DNA of 64,000 bases from contig CAVVMW010000023.1 of the NCBI GenBank assembly GCA_963749495.1, positions 256,001 through 320,000 on the forward strand, given 5' to 3'. Position numbers and translations under genes: made by a program. The notes below the pieces were generated by a model. The model worked only from the letters and a program-made list of their open reading frames with translations, had not been told where the DNA came from and ran no database searches. Of this stretch, positions 51,925 to 62,665 are shown one piece after another (the stretch's first letter is position 1; the number at the start of each line of letters is the position of its first letter). This DNA comes from an uncultured bacterium. Its GTDB lineage: Bacteria; Verrucomicrobiota; Verrucomicrobiia; Limisphaerales; UBA8199.

Positions 51925-54180
51925 TCAGGGGCGATCATCGCTGCCTTTTGGTCCGACGTTGCGATCATCCCTCAGCCCAATCTTGCTGACATCAATGGCT
52001 TGAAAACCGAGCTTGAAGGCCGGAGACTTGGGTTTGAGGCGGTAGTCATCATGCGCGGGATCGAGAAAGAGGGGATCGGCACCCACGGAATGCTCCTCGT
52101 ACCCCATCGCTTTCCACTGGACCACCGGAATCGTTTTGTCTGGGCCGATACCCACCCGCTCTGGGCCGTTGCGGCCGCCGCAGAAGAGATTGTAATCCGA
52201 CCCTCCGAAAACCTGGGGAATTTCGGCCTGATCCGTGTCAATACGGTAGATGGTCGAATAGTCGCACACGATGTTTCGCTCGAAACGATTGCCGGTCATG
52301 AAGCCCTTCATATGAGGCCAGAACACCGTCGCCGGCCAGCAGCCAACGGGATCGGGGCAGCCGACAATGATGTTATTTTCGATGATGTTATTACGGCCGC
52401 CGTTGATGCGCACTCCACTCAAACCACAGCGCACGAGGAGGTTTCCGTACACTGAGCAATTGGAGGTGAAGTTGTCCAGGTAAATCCCAAAGGTGACAGT
52501 GCCCGAAATGTCGGCGATGCGATTGTACCTGATGATGTGGCCCGACCGTTCTTCTCCCCGCTCCGTGCGATCGTTCTCCATCCAGCAATTAATGGCGGCA
52601 TTGTCGTAGGTCTCCTGACACGCGTAACGAATGTCATTGTATTCGACGATATTGCGGCCATAGCCGTGATTGCCAAGGTTGATCGCGTGGTGCGGCACTT
52701 GCTCGATGAGGTTGTGGCCGACCACGTTGGCGTCGCTCAGGCCGCAGAAGACGCCGACCGCCGCCTTATCGAAAACGCCGCAATGGTGGATGTGATTATC
52801 CGTGACCTCGTTGCACAAGGGATGCTGGACCGCGTTGTGTGGGCGGTCGCGTGTGCCGATCAGCACCACGCCGCAATGGCCTGCACAGGCAATCTCGTTC
52901 CCTTGCACCACATTTCTGAAGTTGTGGCCCTCGAGATAAACCGCATTCCCGCCCACGGCCAGGAAGTGGTTGCCCACGAGGCGGCAGTGCTCTGCGTCCT
53001 TCAGATGCACGGCCTCGCCGCAATACGTCCGGTCCTCCATGGGGAACATGGCACCCGTGCCTTCCAGGCCGAGCCGGTGCATGTTGTCACCGCCATTCAC
53101 GGTCTCCGTGAACGTGAAGCCGGAGAGAGTCAGCCACGACGTGCCGCGCAGATCCACCAGACAGTCCAACACGGGCGCGACCGTCTCATGCTCCTGGACG
53201 GGCTCTTGCGGCGGCCAGAAGAACACCTTGCCTTCGTCGGTGTCCAAACACCACTCGCCGGGTTGATCCAACTCCTCCAGAAGGTTCTCGACGAAGAACC
53301 GATGGGGGATGGCATAGTCAAAATCAGTGTGGAAGGCCTCGGCCTGCAATGGGGCGGTCTGAGGAGTAACCCAGGGCTGGCGCCGGAAATCGCGCACGCC
53401 GCGGGTCAGTGTGATCGACCGGTTGGCTTCGTCGATGGATTTGATGGGAGCCAGGGTCGTGTAGCCCCAGTTGATGATCGTGAAGACCTCCCCTTGCGTC
53501 GGCTTGGCCCAATGGCGAGGGAAACTGCCGGCCCTGTACCTGAACGCAGTGAAGCTCCTTGGCTCGGCAGCGCCCTCGATGCTCAGCCAACCCTTGCGCC
53601 ACTGGTCGCCAGAACCGATGTTCGGATAGCGAGCCCGAACCTGGCGCTGCCCGTCCAGAAACAGTTGTCGGAACTTCCACCTGCCGCCTTTGGCCTCAGG
53701 CACGGAAGCCTGGAGGATTTTGTCCTTGTACGGCTGCCAGCCGGTGATCTTTCGACCTCCGCTCACCACTGGTTTCTCGCCTGGATAGGCGGCATACACA
53801 ATGGGGGACTCTTGAGTTCCACTATCGTCGGACGTGAACACGACGGACTCGTTAAGGAAGTATTTCCCGCCCCGCACCAACACGTGAATCGGTGATTTCG
53901 CCTGACCGCCGGGACGAGACTTCCACTCTCGAGCCGCGTCCCGCGCCCGGCCCAGGGTGGCAAATGGGCCATCTGTGCCTGTGCTGTTCGGCTCGCGCAA
54001 GGTGCCCGACCAGTTGTCCCGACCGTTGGGAGCGACAAAAAAGGTTCCTTGCCTGTTCTGAGTCGTTGCCACTTCTGCCGCGCCCTGCGCCTCGCAGATT
54101 AGGAACACTGCCTCCAGCGCGAAAAGAAACGCAGCGATGTTCTTCCACCCAGACCGCCAGCCGACATATACAGGTTTCAT
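51925..54180 (-). CDS. Right-handed parallel beta-helix protein (GH141-like)
   Basis: FFVAPNGRDNWSG, GPFATL, RQVRARYPN, ENLLEELDQPGEW, GIYLD, DPLFLDP...DYRL. Confidence 0.88.
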   Translation of the reverse strand: MKPVYVGWRSGWKNIAAFLFALEAVFLICEAQGAAEVATTQNRQGTFFVAPNGRDNWSGTLREPNSTGTDGPFATLGRARDAAREWKSRPGGQAKSPIHVLVRGGKYFLNESVVFTSDDSGTQESPIVYAAYPGEKPVVSGGRKITGWQPYKDKILQASVPEAKGGRWKFRQLFLDGQRQVRARYPNIGSGDQWRKGWLSIEGAAEPRSFTAFRYRAGSFPRHWAKPTQGEVFTIINWGYTTLAPIKSIDEANRSITLTRGVRDFRRQPWVTPQTAPLQAEAFHTDFDYAIPHRFFVENLLEELDQPGEWCLDTDEGKVFFWPPQEPVQEHETVAPVLDCLVDLRGTSWLTLSGFTFTETVNGGDNMHRLGLEGTGAMFPMEDRTYCGEAVHLKDAEHCRLVGNHFLAVGGNAVYLEGHNFRNVVQGNEIACAGHCGVVLIGTRDRPHNAVQHPLCNEVTDNHIHHCGVFDKAAVGVFCGLSDANVVGHNLIEQVPHHAINLGNHGYGRNIVEYNDIRYACQETYDNAAINCWMENDRTERGEERSGHIIRYNRIADISGTVTFGIYLDNFTSNCSVYGNLLVRCGLSGVRINGGRNNIIENNIIVGCPDPVGCWPATVFWPHMKGFMTGNRFERNIVCDYSTIYRIDTDQAEIPQVFGGSDYNLFCGGRNGPERVGIGPDKTIPVVQWKAMGYEEHSVGADPLFLDPAHDDYRLKPKSPAFKLGFQAIDVSKIGLRDDRNVGPKGSDDRP

Positions 54181-54308
54181 GATACACTTTTCATCTTCTT
54201 CTTCTTTCCGGTTGAACACCGGGCAATTGGAAACGGGCGTCCAGGTCCCCATCCTAAGCCGTTGCGCAATCCATTTCAATGTCATCGTGCTCTCGCGCCG
54301 CAGCCGCC

Positions 54309-56531
54309 CAGGGCTATTGACAAAGTCCGGCGGCACGTTTTGGCATCGGCACGGGTGGGTATTTTGAACCCGCCAGCCTCCACGAACGGCGCGCTCACTG
54401 AGAAAAAGCGCGTTGCTGGGCTGGTTTTCGAGGTCGGTGGGGCCATCACGGCAAAGCCGGAGGATGGCCGCTTTGGCGCAAGCAGCCTGCGGTTCTGGTT
54501 GAGGCGTTGCTTCTTAGTCTGCGTCTGTGCTTGAGCCGGTCATGAAGCGGCGGATTAAGCCCCAGGGACGGCGGCAAACCCGGCGCTCAAAATCCCGCTC
54601 AGAGAGCTTGCCGCCCCGGTGCGGGCGGTGAGTTTGGCACAGGAATATGGCCAAGGTGCGAAACAGCGAGAGGTTGCGAGCGGTGTTGGTTTCACGCACT
54701 GTGCAGCGGTCTTCGTCTTGAGTGCGGTCGCGGCGGTGATGCTGGCCATTTTCGATGCTCCAGTGATCGCGGGCCAACTGCTGCAACTCGTCGATCGAGG
54801 CCTCCTCCGGCCAGAGGTTGGTGAAGGGGAACGCCACGTCGTGAGTCTCTTTAACCACCTGGCCCCGCCGCACGAACTGGACGTCGCGCTCGATGCGCAG
54901 CAGTTGAGCGGCCCCGGCCAGACCGAGAGTCGGAGGGTCAACCAGGCAAGACCACACGCGCCGGGTTTCAATCCGACCGTGGCCCTTGTCCACCACACTG
55001 AGTTGAGGGGGGAAGGGCGCCGGGCAGCAGTTGCTCGGCTTTGGCCCGGGCCAGAGGCTGGTTGCCTTTTAAGAAAGCAAGTAGTCGGCTCCGTTGTTGA
55101 AGGTCAGTTGGCGGCAATTGGCTTTGATGGTATGGGCGGCATCGGCCGTGACTCGCACTCCAGCCAAATCCATCTGGGGCAGATGGGCGGCGACGGCGGC
55201 CTCTTCGTTGGTGTCCCGCGGCACGGCGATTTGATCGACCAGGCGTTGGTCGGAGGTCATGAAGTTGACCAGCGTCAGGGCCTTGTCGGCCTTGGGCTTT
55301 TGCTGCTCGATGGGAATCTCGCAAGGCTCAGGCGCCGGCAACTCCTGGGCGTTGTCCGCCTTGGGGCGGGCGGGGGCCGGTCGAGCGTTCTTGACGACTT
55401 TGCCATCGAAATGCACCGTCTTGAGCGGGGTGGGATCCTCCTGGCGCATCCAGTCCACCAACACCGCCTTGAGCTGATCGGCATTCACCTTTTCTAACAA
55501 GCGCCGGAAGGTACGCTCACTGGGTACGTCGAACTGAGCGTGCGCGCCGGGACGGCGGCGGCAGCGCAAATGGCGGCGCTGTCCGTGGTTGAGGCTCTGG
55601 GCAAATTCGGCGATGGCGTGCGGCCCTTGGCAGCCCGCCGCCATGGCCAAGGCGACCAGCGTCAGAAGCGTGGCCAACAGATGCCGCACCCCCTTGGGCT
55701 TGCGCGGTTCGGTCATGTGCAACCGGAAGCACTCCCAGAGCGAATGCAATCGTCCGGTGGCCACCGGACAAGGGGGCGGCAGGGGGCCGGCCGGATTGAG
55801 CAGGGCGGGCGGCAACTCTGGGGCTTGCAGTTGCTCCAAGTTCCGCGGGCTTAAGGGGCGCACCCACAGTTCCTTGGGGTGTTGCGTGTCGGTGTAGAAG
55901 TCCTGCCAGTTTCGCTCATAGCCCTGGGTCGGCCCCAGTTGTTGCCAACCCGCCGCTTTGTAGCAAGTGCCCTTGAAACGTTGTGGATCCACGAAGGTCT
56001 CCATCCCCAGCACCGGATGACCAAAGTGCTCCTGCCAATCCCGGGCTAGGCGCTCACAGACCAGTTTCAAGACCCGAGAGGCCAAATTCGGCCACCGACC
56101 GCTGCTGGGCAGCACCAAAAACCGGGCGTTCTGTGCAATCAAGTGCCGCCGTTCCTTGACTTGGCGCGGGGACCATTTGAGCCAGCGATCCCGTGGCTTG
56201 AGGTGCAAGGCGGGCGAACCAAACACCAGGAGCGCCACCCACTGGCCCTGATACTCGGCCACATACCGCAGCACCTGCCCCACTACCGTGGGGTTCTTTA
56301 GATAATGCTTGGTCGCCAGCAACTCATCGAAGCGATCTCGATCTGATTCGTCGATCAACCGCAGAGTGATTGCGCTGAGCAGCCTGGGCTCGGGAGGGAG
56401 CCCCCTTTGAAACAGTCGGCCAAATGAATAGACATGGCCCCAGTCCAGCACAGTCAGAGGACCGACGCCAGCCAATTCTTCCTAAGTCATTGCCCATTAG
56501 AGCGCCCCCCGGGTCCTTGCCAGCCGCCCTG
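54309..56531 (-). mobile_element. ISAs1-family IS (2,223 bp) with an N-terminal DUF4338 domain
   Basis: IRs cagggctattgacaaagtcc / (rc) cagggcggctggcaaggacc; perfect 10-bp TSD cgcagccgcc at 54299-54308 and 56532-56541. Confidence 0.92.
54514..56435 (-). CDS. DUF4338 (DruA-like)-ISAs1 DDE transposase fusion, frameshifts near 56400, 55075 and 55010
   Basis: HYL...NARFLVLP...NLASRVL...ETFVD...GTCYKAAGW = DUF4338; PSERTFRRLL, FDGK, TADAAH, LKGNQP, HGRIETR, HWSIEN...RD...EDRC = ISAs1. Confidence 0.9.
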
Positions 56532-56745
56532 CGCAGCCGCCAAGCTGTCCGCACCTTCTGGGGGTCGCCCTTGCGCCGCCGCGCCAACTCCTCCTCCGCC
56601 CAGCCCCGCCGCCGCAATTCCTCCTGCACCAACCGCTGACCCATTTCATGCCAAGCACCAGATTGGGTTGCGCCGTCTCGACCACCAGATGAAAATGGCT
56701 GGACATGAGGCAAAATGCCTGAACCGCGACCCCTTTCCGAACTCA

Positions 56746-56806
56746 GGCAGAAAAATGGAGACCCAAAAGATGCTGTTCATTCTTCTGCCCCCATTTTTCT
56801 GCCTCC
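56746..56806. repeat. Short ggcagaaaaat / atttttctgcc inverted repeat (also ~20004-20070)
   Basis: Shared cttctgcccccatttttctgcc-like core. Confidence 0.6.
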
Positions 56807-56881
56807 ATTTCGTTTTGTCTTGACTCCGATGTCCCTCTGGTCTTATGATTTGAGTGTCCAAGATGGTTAGTGGTTAGAGTT

Positions 56882-59800
56882 ATGAAAACCGAGCTTCTGA
56901 GCGGGAATCTTCGCCGCTGGCTGCTCGCGGGGGTGGTGCTTCTCCTGGCATCGGTTCCGGAGCGAGCGCTGTCCCAAAGCAGCCAGCCTGTCATTACGTC
57001 CATCCGCCCCGAGGGCGCCAACATCGTGGTGAGCGTCCAGGTGCCTGCGGGCATCCGGCGGGTCACTTTGGAGAGCCGGACGCGATTGGGCGCGGGAGCC
57101 TGGGTCCCGGCCTTGGTGGCGCAGACCGACGGGGCTGCCAAATCCATGACGTTGCGCGTGCCGCGCGGGCGGCAAACCGAGATGCTGCGGGTGCGCGCCG
57201 ATGCCAGCCAACCGTTGCCCGTGAGCTTCTACAAAGGCACAAACGCCTTTTCAGGCCCGCCGACCAACAGCGTGGTCCTGAGCACTGCCGGCGGCCTCAA
57301 CTCGTCGGGGCCGGGCGGCGTCACGACCTTCGATCCAACGGCCAACGGGCCCGACGCGCGCAGTCGTCGAATCGGACATCTGGCAACTGGATGGCGACAC
57401 GCTTTATTTTTTCAACCAGTATCGGGGGCTGCAGGTGATCAACATCTCCAACCCGGACCAGGCGGCGGTGCGCGGCACGCTGGCCCTGCCGGCCTCGGGG
57501 GAGCAGATGTACCTGGCCGGCTCGAATCACGTGGCGCTGCTGGTGCAAAACGGTTGCGGCGACGGCAGCCAGGACAGCCAGGTGGTCCTGGTGGCGGCGA
57601 CCAACGGCCTGCCCCAGGTCGTCACCAACCTGCCGGTCTCCGGTTCCATCATCGAGAGCCGGATGGTGGGCACGGCGCTCTATGTGGCCTCCCAGACCTA
57701 TCGCCCCGTTCCGGGGGACCCCAAGGGCGCATGGGAGTGGGGGAGCCTGGTCTCGTCCTTCGACCTGGCCAACCCGGATGCGCCGGTCAGCCGCGACACC
57801 CTCTGGTATTCCGGCTGGGGCAACGTGGTGTCGGCCACCGACGATTACCTCTTCGTGGTGACCCAGGACACGGCCAACTGGTGGCAATCAATCGTGCGCA
57901 TCATCAATATCACGGCGCCCGACGGCACGATGGCGCCGCAGGATTCGTTGAGCCTCTCCGGCCAGGTGATTGACAAGTTCAAGATCAATTACGACGGCGA
58001 GGTCCTGACCACGATCTCCGAGGACTGGCATTGGGACAACGGAACCCGGTTGGTGACGCGGCTTGAGACATTCGACTTGCCCGCTCCGAACTCCGGGGGA
58101 CCGCTCCAGATTACCAAGCTCGGTGAATTGGAGTTGGGGAACGGCGAGCGCCTTCACGCCACCCGGTTTGACGGCAGCGTGGCTTATGTGGTCACGTTCT
58201 ACCAAATCGATCCCCTCTGGGTGGTGGACCTTTCCCAGCCGGCCAACCCTCGATATCGCCGGCTCCGTGGACGTGCCGGGTTGGTCCAGCTACATTCAGC
58301 CGCTTGGCTCCCGCCTGGTGACTGTGGGTGTCGAGTCCAACCGCGTGGCGGTCTCGCTGTTTGACGTTCATGACCCGGCCGGGCCGGGGTTGCTCAGCAG
58401 GGTTCTGTTGGGGCAAAGCTACTCCTGGAGCGAGGCCAACAACGATGAAAAGGCCTTCACGGTCCTCCAGGACGCCGGGCTGGTGCTGGTTCCCTACAGT
58501 GGCGACACCACTAACGGATGGAGCTCCCAGGTCCAGTTGCTGGACCTTAACCCGACCAACCTGGTCGCGCGAGGAATCATCGAGCACCAGTGCCAGCCGC
58601 GCCGCGCCGCACTCTCCCATGGCCGTGTCCTGTCCCTCTCGGGGTGGGAACTCCTGAGCGTGGACGCCACGGACCGGGACAACCCTGCGGTGCGCGGGGA
58701 TGCCGAGTTGGCCTGGCCGGTGGATCGCTTATTCGTTCAAGGGGATTACGTGCTGGAGATAGCCGCCTCAACCAGTTGGTGGGGGCGCCCGGACGAAAGC
58801 GCCGTGCGCGTGGCCCCGGCCGACCACACCGAGCAGGTCCTGGGCAAGTTGTCCCTGGGGCCGCTGCCGGTGGTCGGCGCGGGCGTGCAGGATGGCCGGC
58901 TCTACCTGGCCCAGGCCCCGAATTTCGGGTGGGGCTACCCATGGCCGCCGGCCGGCGGCGACCCTTCGACCAACCCGCCCAATTTCGTGGTGACGATTGT
59001 CAACCTTGCCGCCTTGCCGGGCCTATCAATTCTCGGCTCGGTTTCCAACACGGTCAACCTGCCAGGCTGGGGGTCCTGGCAGCCGCTCTGGCCCAAACCG
59101 GACTTGCTGGTCTGGAGCGGAGGCTGGAATTTGTGGGCCATCCCGATGTTCGTCACCGTTGGCGGCCCTGTCATCCCCGGCGGCCCTGTCATCCCCGGCG
59201 GCCCTGTCATCGTCGGCGGCCCTGTCATCGTCGGCGGCCCGGCCTTGTGGTGGCCCTGGCCCTGGTACTTCGGCAATTCCGGCAGCGGCCAACTCCTCGC
59301 CTTCGACGTTGGCAACTCGGCCGAACCGATGTTCGTCTCGGAGGTCAATCTCCTGACCAATGGCTGGTGGGGGTTCAGCCAGGCAATCTCCGTCGGCAGC
59401 CTGGTCTATTTGAGCCACAATGCCTCGGAGTGCTCGTCTGCGCCCGGAGACCCCGAGCCACCTGGGTGCAGCAGTCCTATCTGGATGTGGTGGACTTTGG
59501 CGATCCGCTCTCGCCCACGCCGCGTCAGCCCGTGAGCATCCCCGGGACTCTGGCGGGCGTCTCCCACGCAGGCGAACTGCTCTACACGACCGGCTATCAC
59601 TGGACCAGCAGCCAGCCCGATGATTGGCAGCAATGGCTCGATGCCAGCGCCTATGACGGCGTGGCCGCACACCCGGTGGCGTCTCTGGCCCTGACCGGCA
59701 CCTGGTCGCAGGTGGTCCTGGTGGTGGACACCAACATCTTCATCGGCCGCTCCGGCTATAGTTCCACCACCAACGTCCCGCCGCCTCAGCTCGAAACCTG

Positions 59801-60083
59801 GACCTTGCCCGACAGTGGGCAGTTCACCCTGCTCGGCGGCCTTACTCTGAACGCACCCGCCAGCGCGCTCCTGTCGCGCGGCAACCTGTTGGCCGCCCAG
59901 GAAACCGACACCTCGGTCTGGCTCTTCGACCCGTCCGTGCCGGCGGCCTTGCAGCCCATAGGACATGGCAATCCCTCGCCGTGTCTCTCCTTCGACCTCC
60001 AGCAAGCCGATGGCAGTTTGGCTCGCGGCCTATGGGTCCCCTTGGGCATCTACGGTGTCGGCCGGGTGCCGCTGGGGAACTGA
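56882..60083 (+). CDS. Secreted beta-propeller domain protein (Beta_propel-like), frameshifts near 57355, 58250 and 59455
   Basis: VVESDIW, NQYRGLQVI, GERLHATRF, VVTFYQIDPLWVVDL, VPGWSSYIQP, VSLFDV across successive frames. Confidence 0.8.
59161..59240 (+). repeat. 18-bp coding minisatellite (GGPVIP/GGPVIV) x4.4
   Basis: ggcggccctgtcatc(ccc/gtc) tandem units. Confidence 0.9.
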
Positions 60084-60117
60084 AGGTTGTATCCGGACCG
60101 ATGCGCGGCGGCGGCCC

Positions 60118-60400
60118 TGTCCCGAAGGGACATCCGACAATAGCCCAACGTTTCAACGTTGGGTCCGGGTGGCGAACGGACCCGACTCCCGAAGGGACGG
60201 CTGAGGCTCAATCCCACAAATAACGTTCGTCGGTACTCAATGCGGTGTTTCTTGAGCAGGGCGATAAACTCCTCCTGGAACGTCATCTCCCGTGGGACAT
60301 GTCTCCCATTCAGCCGTCCCTTCGGGACTTACGCAACGAAAAAACCGTTCTCACCCAACGTTGAAACGTTGGGCTATTCTCAGGATGTCCCTCCGGGACG
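60118..60400 (-). mobile_element. Internally deleted IS200/RAYT tnpA between inverted REP-A units
   Basis: ATGTCCCAC (MSH) fused to TFQEEFIALLKKHRIEY(D)ERYLWD; REP-A on both sides. Confidence 0.8.
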
Positions 60401-60446
60401 ACAGGCGCCACGCGCCCGCTCATTTCCACGGGATCTCCGCCCCTCG

Positions 60447-62400
60447 CTAATGCCCCATAGCGGGCGGGACTGGGAAGAACACCTTGTAGGTCAGCCCATC
60501 AACGCTGGCGCTGGCCCCGGAGACGGCGAAGTGAAAGTACTTTCCCACCCTGGCGAAGGGCGGCAGCAGGGAGACGTCCAGCCAGGCCCGGACGCTCTGT
60601 TGCGGGGCGGCCATTCCGAGCAGGGCCAGCCAGAAGGAGCCGGCGCGGCCCTGGGTGGACGGAGCGGGGTCGGCCCTGAATGCCTCGAAGGCGGCGCGGG
60701 TCGTCTCCAAACGGTTTTCGTATCCAAAGAAGGCCGTTCCTGGGCCGGTCACTTTTTGGGCGGCCTCAGCCAGGCCCGGGATTTCGCGCAGGGCCTTGCC
60801 CTGGGTCTCGTTGCTGCGCAAATACTCCTCCAGGAGCGAGGCATCCGTCGAGAGCGCCACATAATCGCGGCTGGCGGCATAGTGGAGAGAAGCGGGCCGC
60901 GCGGCCCAGGCGGACGACTCGGCGAGCGGCAAGGGCAGGGAGGCCGGCAAGGGCACCGAACGAATCTTCCTGCCCAGGAACTCGCGTTCCGTGGCGGCGT
61001 CGGCGCTCGGCAAGATCACCAACAGCGCCTGGAAGGCAGCCGCAAGCTGCTCCGGGTTGGGGGAGCCCAACAAGGCAATCGAGGGAGGCGAACCCGGTTC
61101 GGCGGGAGTCTGGCCCCGAGGCGGCTTTTCATAGACGATGAGGTCGTCTCCAAGGTTGCCGAACAGGGCCTGCTTGAGGTCGTAGCCCGGCTCCTTCTCC
61201 CGCGCCTTGGCCTGGGCGGTCTCAAAGATGAGACCCAGCGCCTCGACCGACTGGGGCGAGAGATCTGCCAGGATCTTCTCCAGGGCCGTCCACGTCTTGG
61301 GCCCGTCGAAGCGCCAGCGTTCGAAGTTCACAGTGTTGGCCGGCACGAACGGCGGCGGGCTAGTCTCCCGCGCCTGGCCTGCGAGGAGTTTCAGCAGGCC
61401 CTGGCGCGTCGCTTCAGGGGCGCCGAAAAAGGCCCGGAAGAGCAGGCCCTCGTTCGAGCCCCTCGATGCTCAAGGCAATGGTCTTGAGGCCCGTCAAGCC
61501 GCAGGCGGCAAGGAGCCTTTCGGGGGGGATATCCTCGACCGGGGTGGGGGCATCGGGATTGTCCTTCCTCTGGGCCCAGCAGCGGCAGAGCAGGTCGGAC
61601 AGGGTCCTGGCGTTGATCCAGGCATAAGCGGAGGCGTTGCGGAAAAAGGCCTGGTGGTCGCTGTTGTAGGCGGCCAGGTCGCCCAGGACCGGCAGGGCGC
61701 CGCCGCTCAGGCGCAGAACCACCTTTTCGACGGCCTGAACCGAGTTGCCCGCGATCAGGAGCGACTCGGCCTGGCCGATAACCACCTCGCGCCGCGCCGG
61801 CCCCTGCTTCGAGTCGGCGTCGTTTCCCAGTTCGTGGTACTCGAGCGCGTGGGGCAGTAATTGGTTCAATGCCTTGGGCAGGTCCAGGCTGGACATCGGC
61901 AGGACGGAAAACTCGAAGCCGCGGAGCTTCTCGCTTCGAATCGGTTTGCCAGCCTCGACGCAGCGTTTCCGCAGCGCCGCCAGGTTTGTCGCCAGGAGGC
62001 CGCGCCGGTCTTTGGCATCGGCCAGGAGCAACCAGGCGGGGGCCTGGCCGGCCCTGCCCTGCCAGCCGTTTTGGGTCAGGGCAAACGTCACCTGGCCCTG
62101 GGGCAGGTTGGCCAGGCTCTCCAGACCCACCTTGAGTTCGCGTTCCAGCGGAGCGGCCAGTTCCTCCTTCCATTTGGAGACCAGCTTCTCCCGGAACGGC
62201 CTCATTGCCTCGTCGCTCCAGACGCGCATTTCGGCTGTGTTCAGGCAAAGCTGTTTGAACTTCACAAAATCCGGGGCGGTCACGACCACCAGCGTGTCCT
62301 CCGGCAACAGCCGTTCCGGCGCCGGCACCCCCGCGTGGCACGCCGGCGCCCGCCAGGCCAGGACCGCCACACAAAGGACGGCCCGCAGACCACGCCCAAC
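60447..62400 (-). CDS. Secreted hypothetical protein (DUF3352-like), frameshift near 61465; start uncertain
   Basis: Signal-like RAVLCVAVLAWRAPACHA, ERLLPEDTL; continues into frame 60447-61346. Confidence 0.65.
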
Positions 62401-62427
62401 ACGCAGAACCGGGATTTTGAACGGTAA

Positions 62428-62641
62428 GGCCTTAGTGACGGCGGGGGCCACACGGCGGGCAGACCCCTCACCCCAGCCCTCTCCCCTCGGAGGGGAGAGG
62501 GAGAATTCTGGGCAGCGGCCTGAGCAAGCGGACGCGCCTGGAATTCCCGGCGACAGCCGACGCTTCTCCCTCTCCCCTCGGAGGGGAGAGGGCCGGGGTG
62601 AGGGGTTCGCCGGGGATTCCGTTTCGGCCTTCACTGACCGA
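62428..62641. mobile_element. MITE family C copy (inverted)
   Basis: Ends ggccttagtgacggcgg / cggccttcactgaccga, flanked by taa / tta. Confidence 0.7.
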
Positions 62642-62665
62642 TTACTTTGCACATCGCTTTTGAGT

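Larger units (their letters stand above)
54181..56740 (-). pseudogene. Second Y1/RAYT-like transposase remnant, interrupted by the IS
   Basis: HUH motif SSHFHLVVETAQPNL at ~56700; RLVQEELRRRGW...WRLRR right of the IS continues as RESTMTLKWIAQRL left of it, matching 45488-45796. Confidence 0.8.

Noticed and set aside
54290..54325. Outward hybrid promoter from the IS end driving the beta-helix gene
   Set aside because: TTGTCA is present on the minus strand but there is no plausible -10 at 16-18 nt
55850..56435. Druantia defence system
   Set aside because: Only a DruA-like domain inside an IS; no DruE helicase or other dru genes
450..62400. Many frameshifted genes as mass pseudogenisation or phase variation
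   Set aside because: Single-base indels, often in short homopolymers, fall in otherwise intact unrelated genes without nonsense codons; consensus error is more parsimonious. Needs short-read polishing
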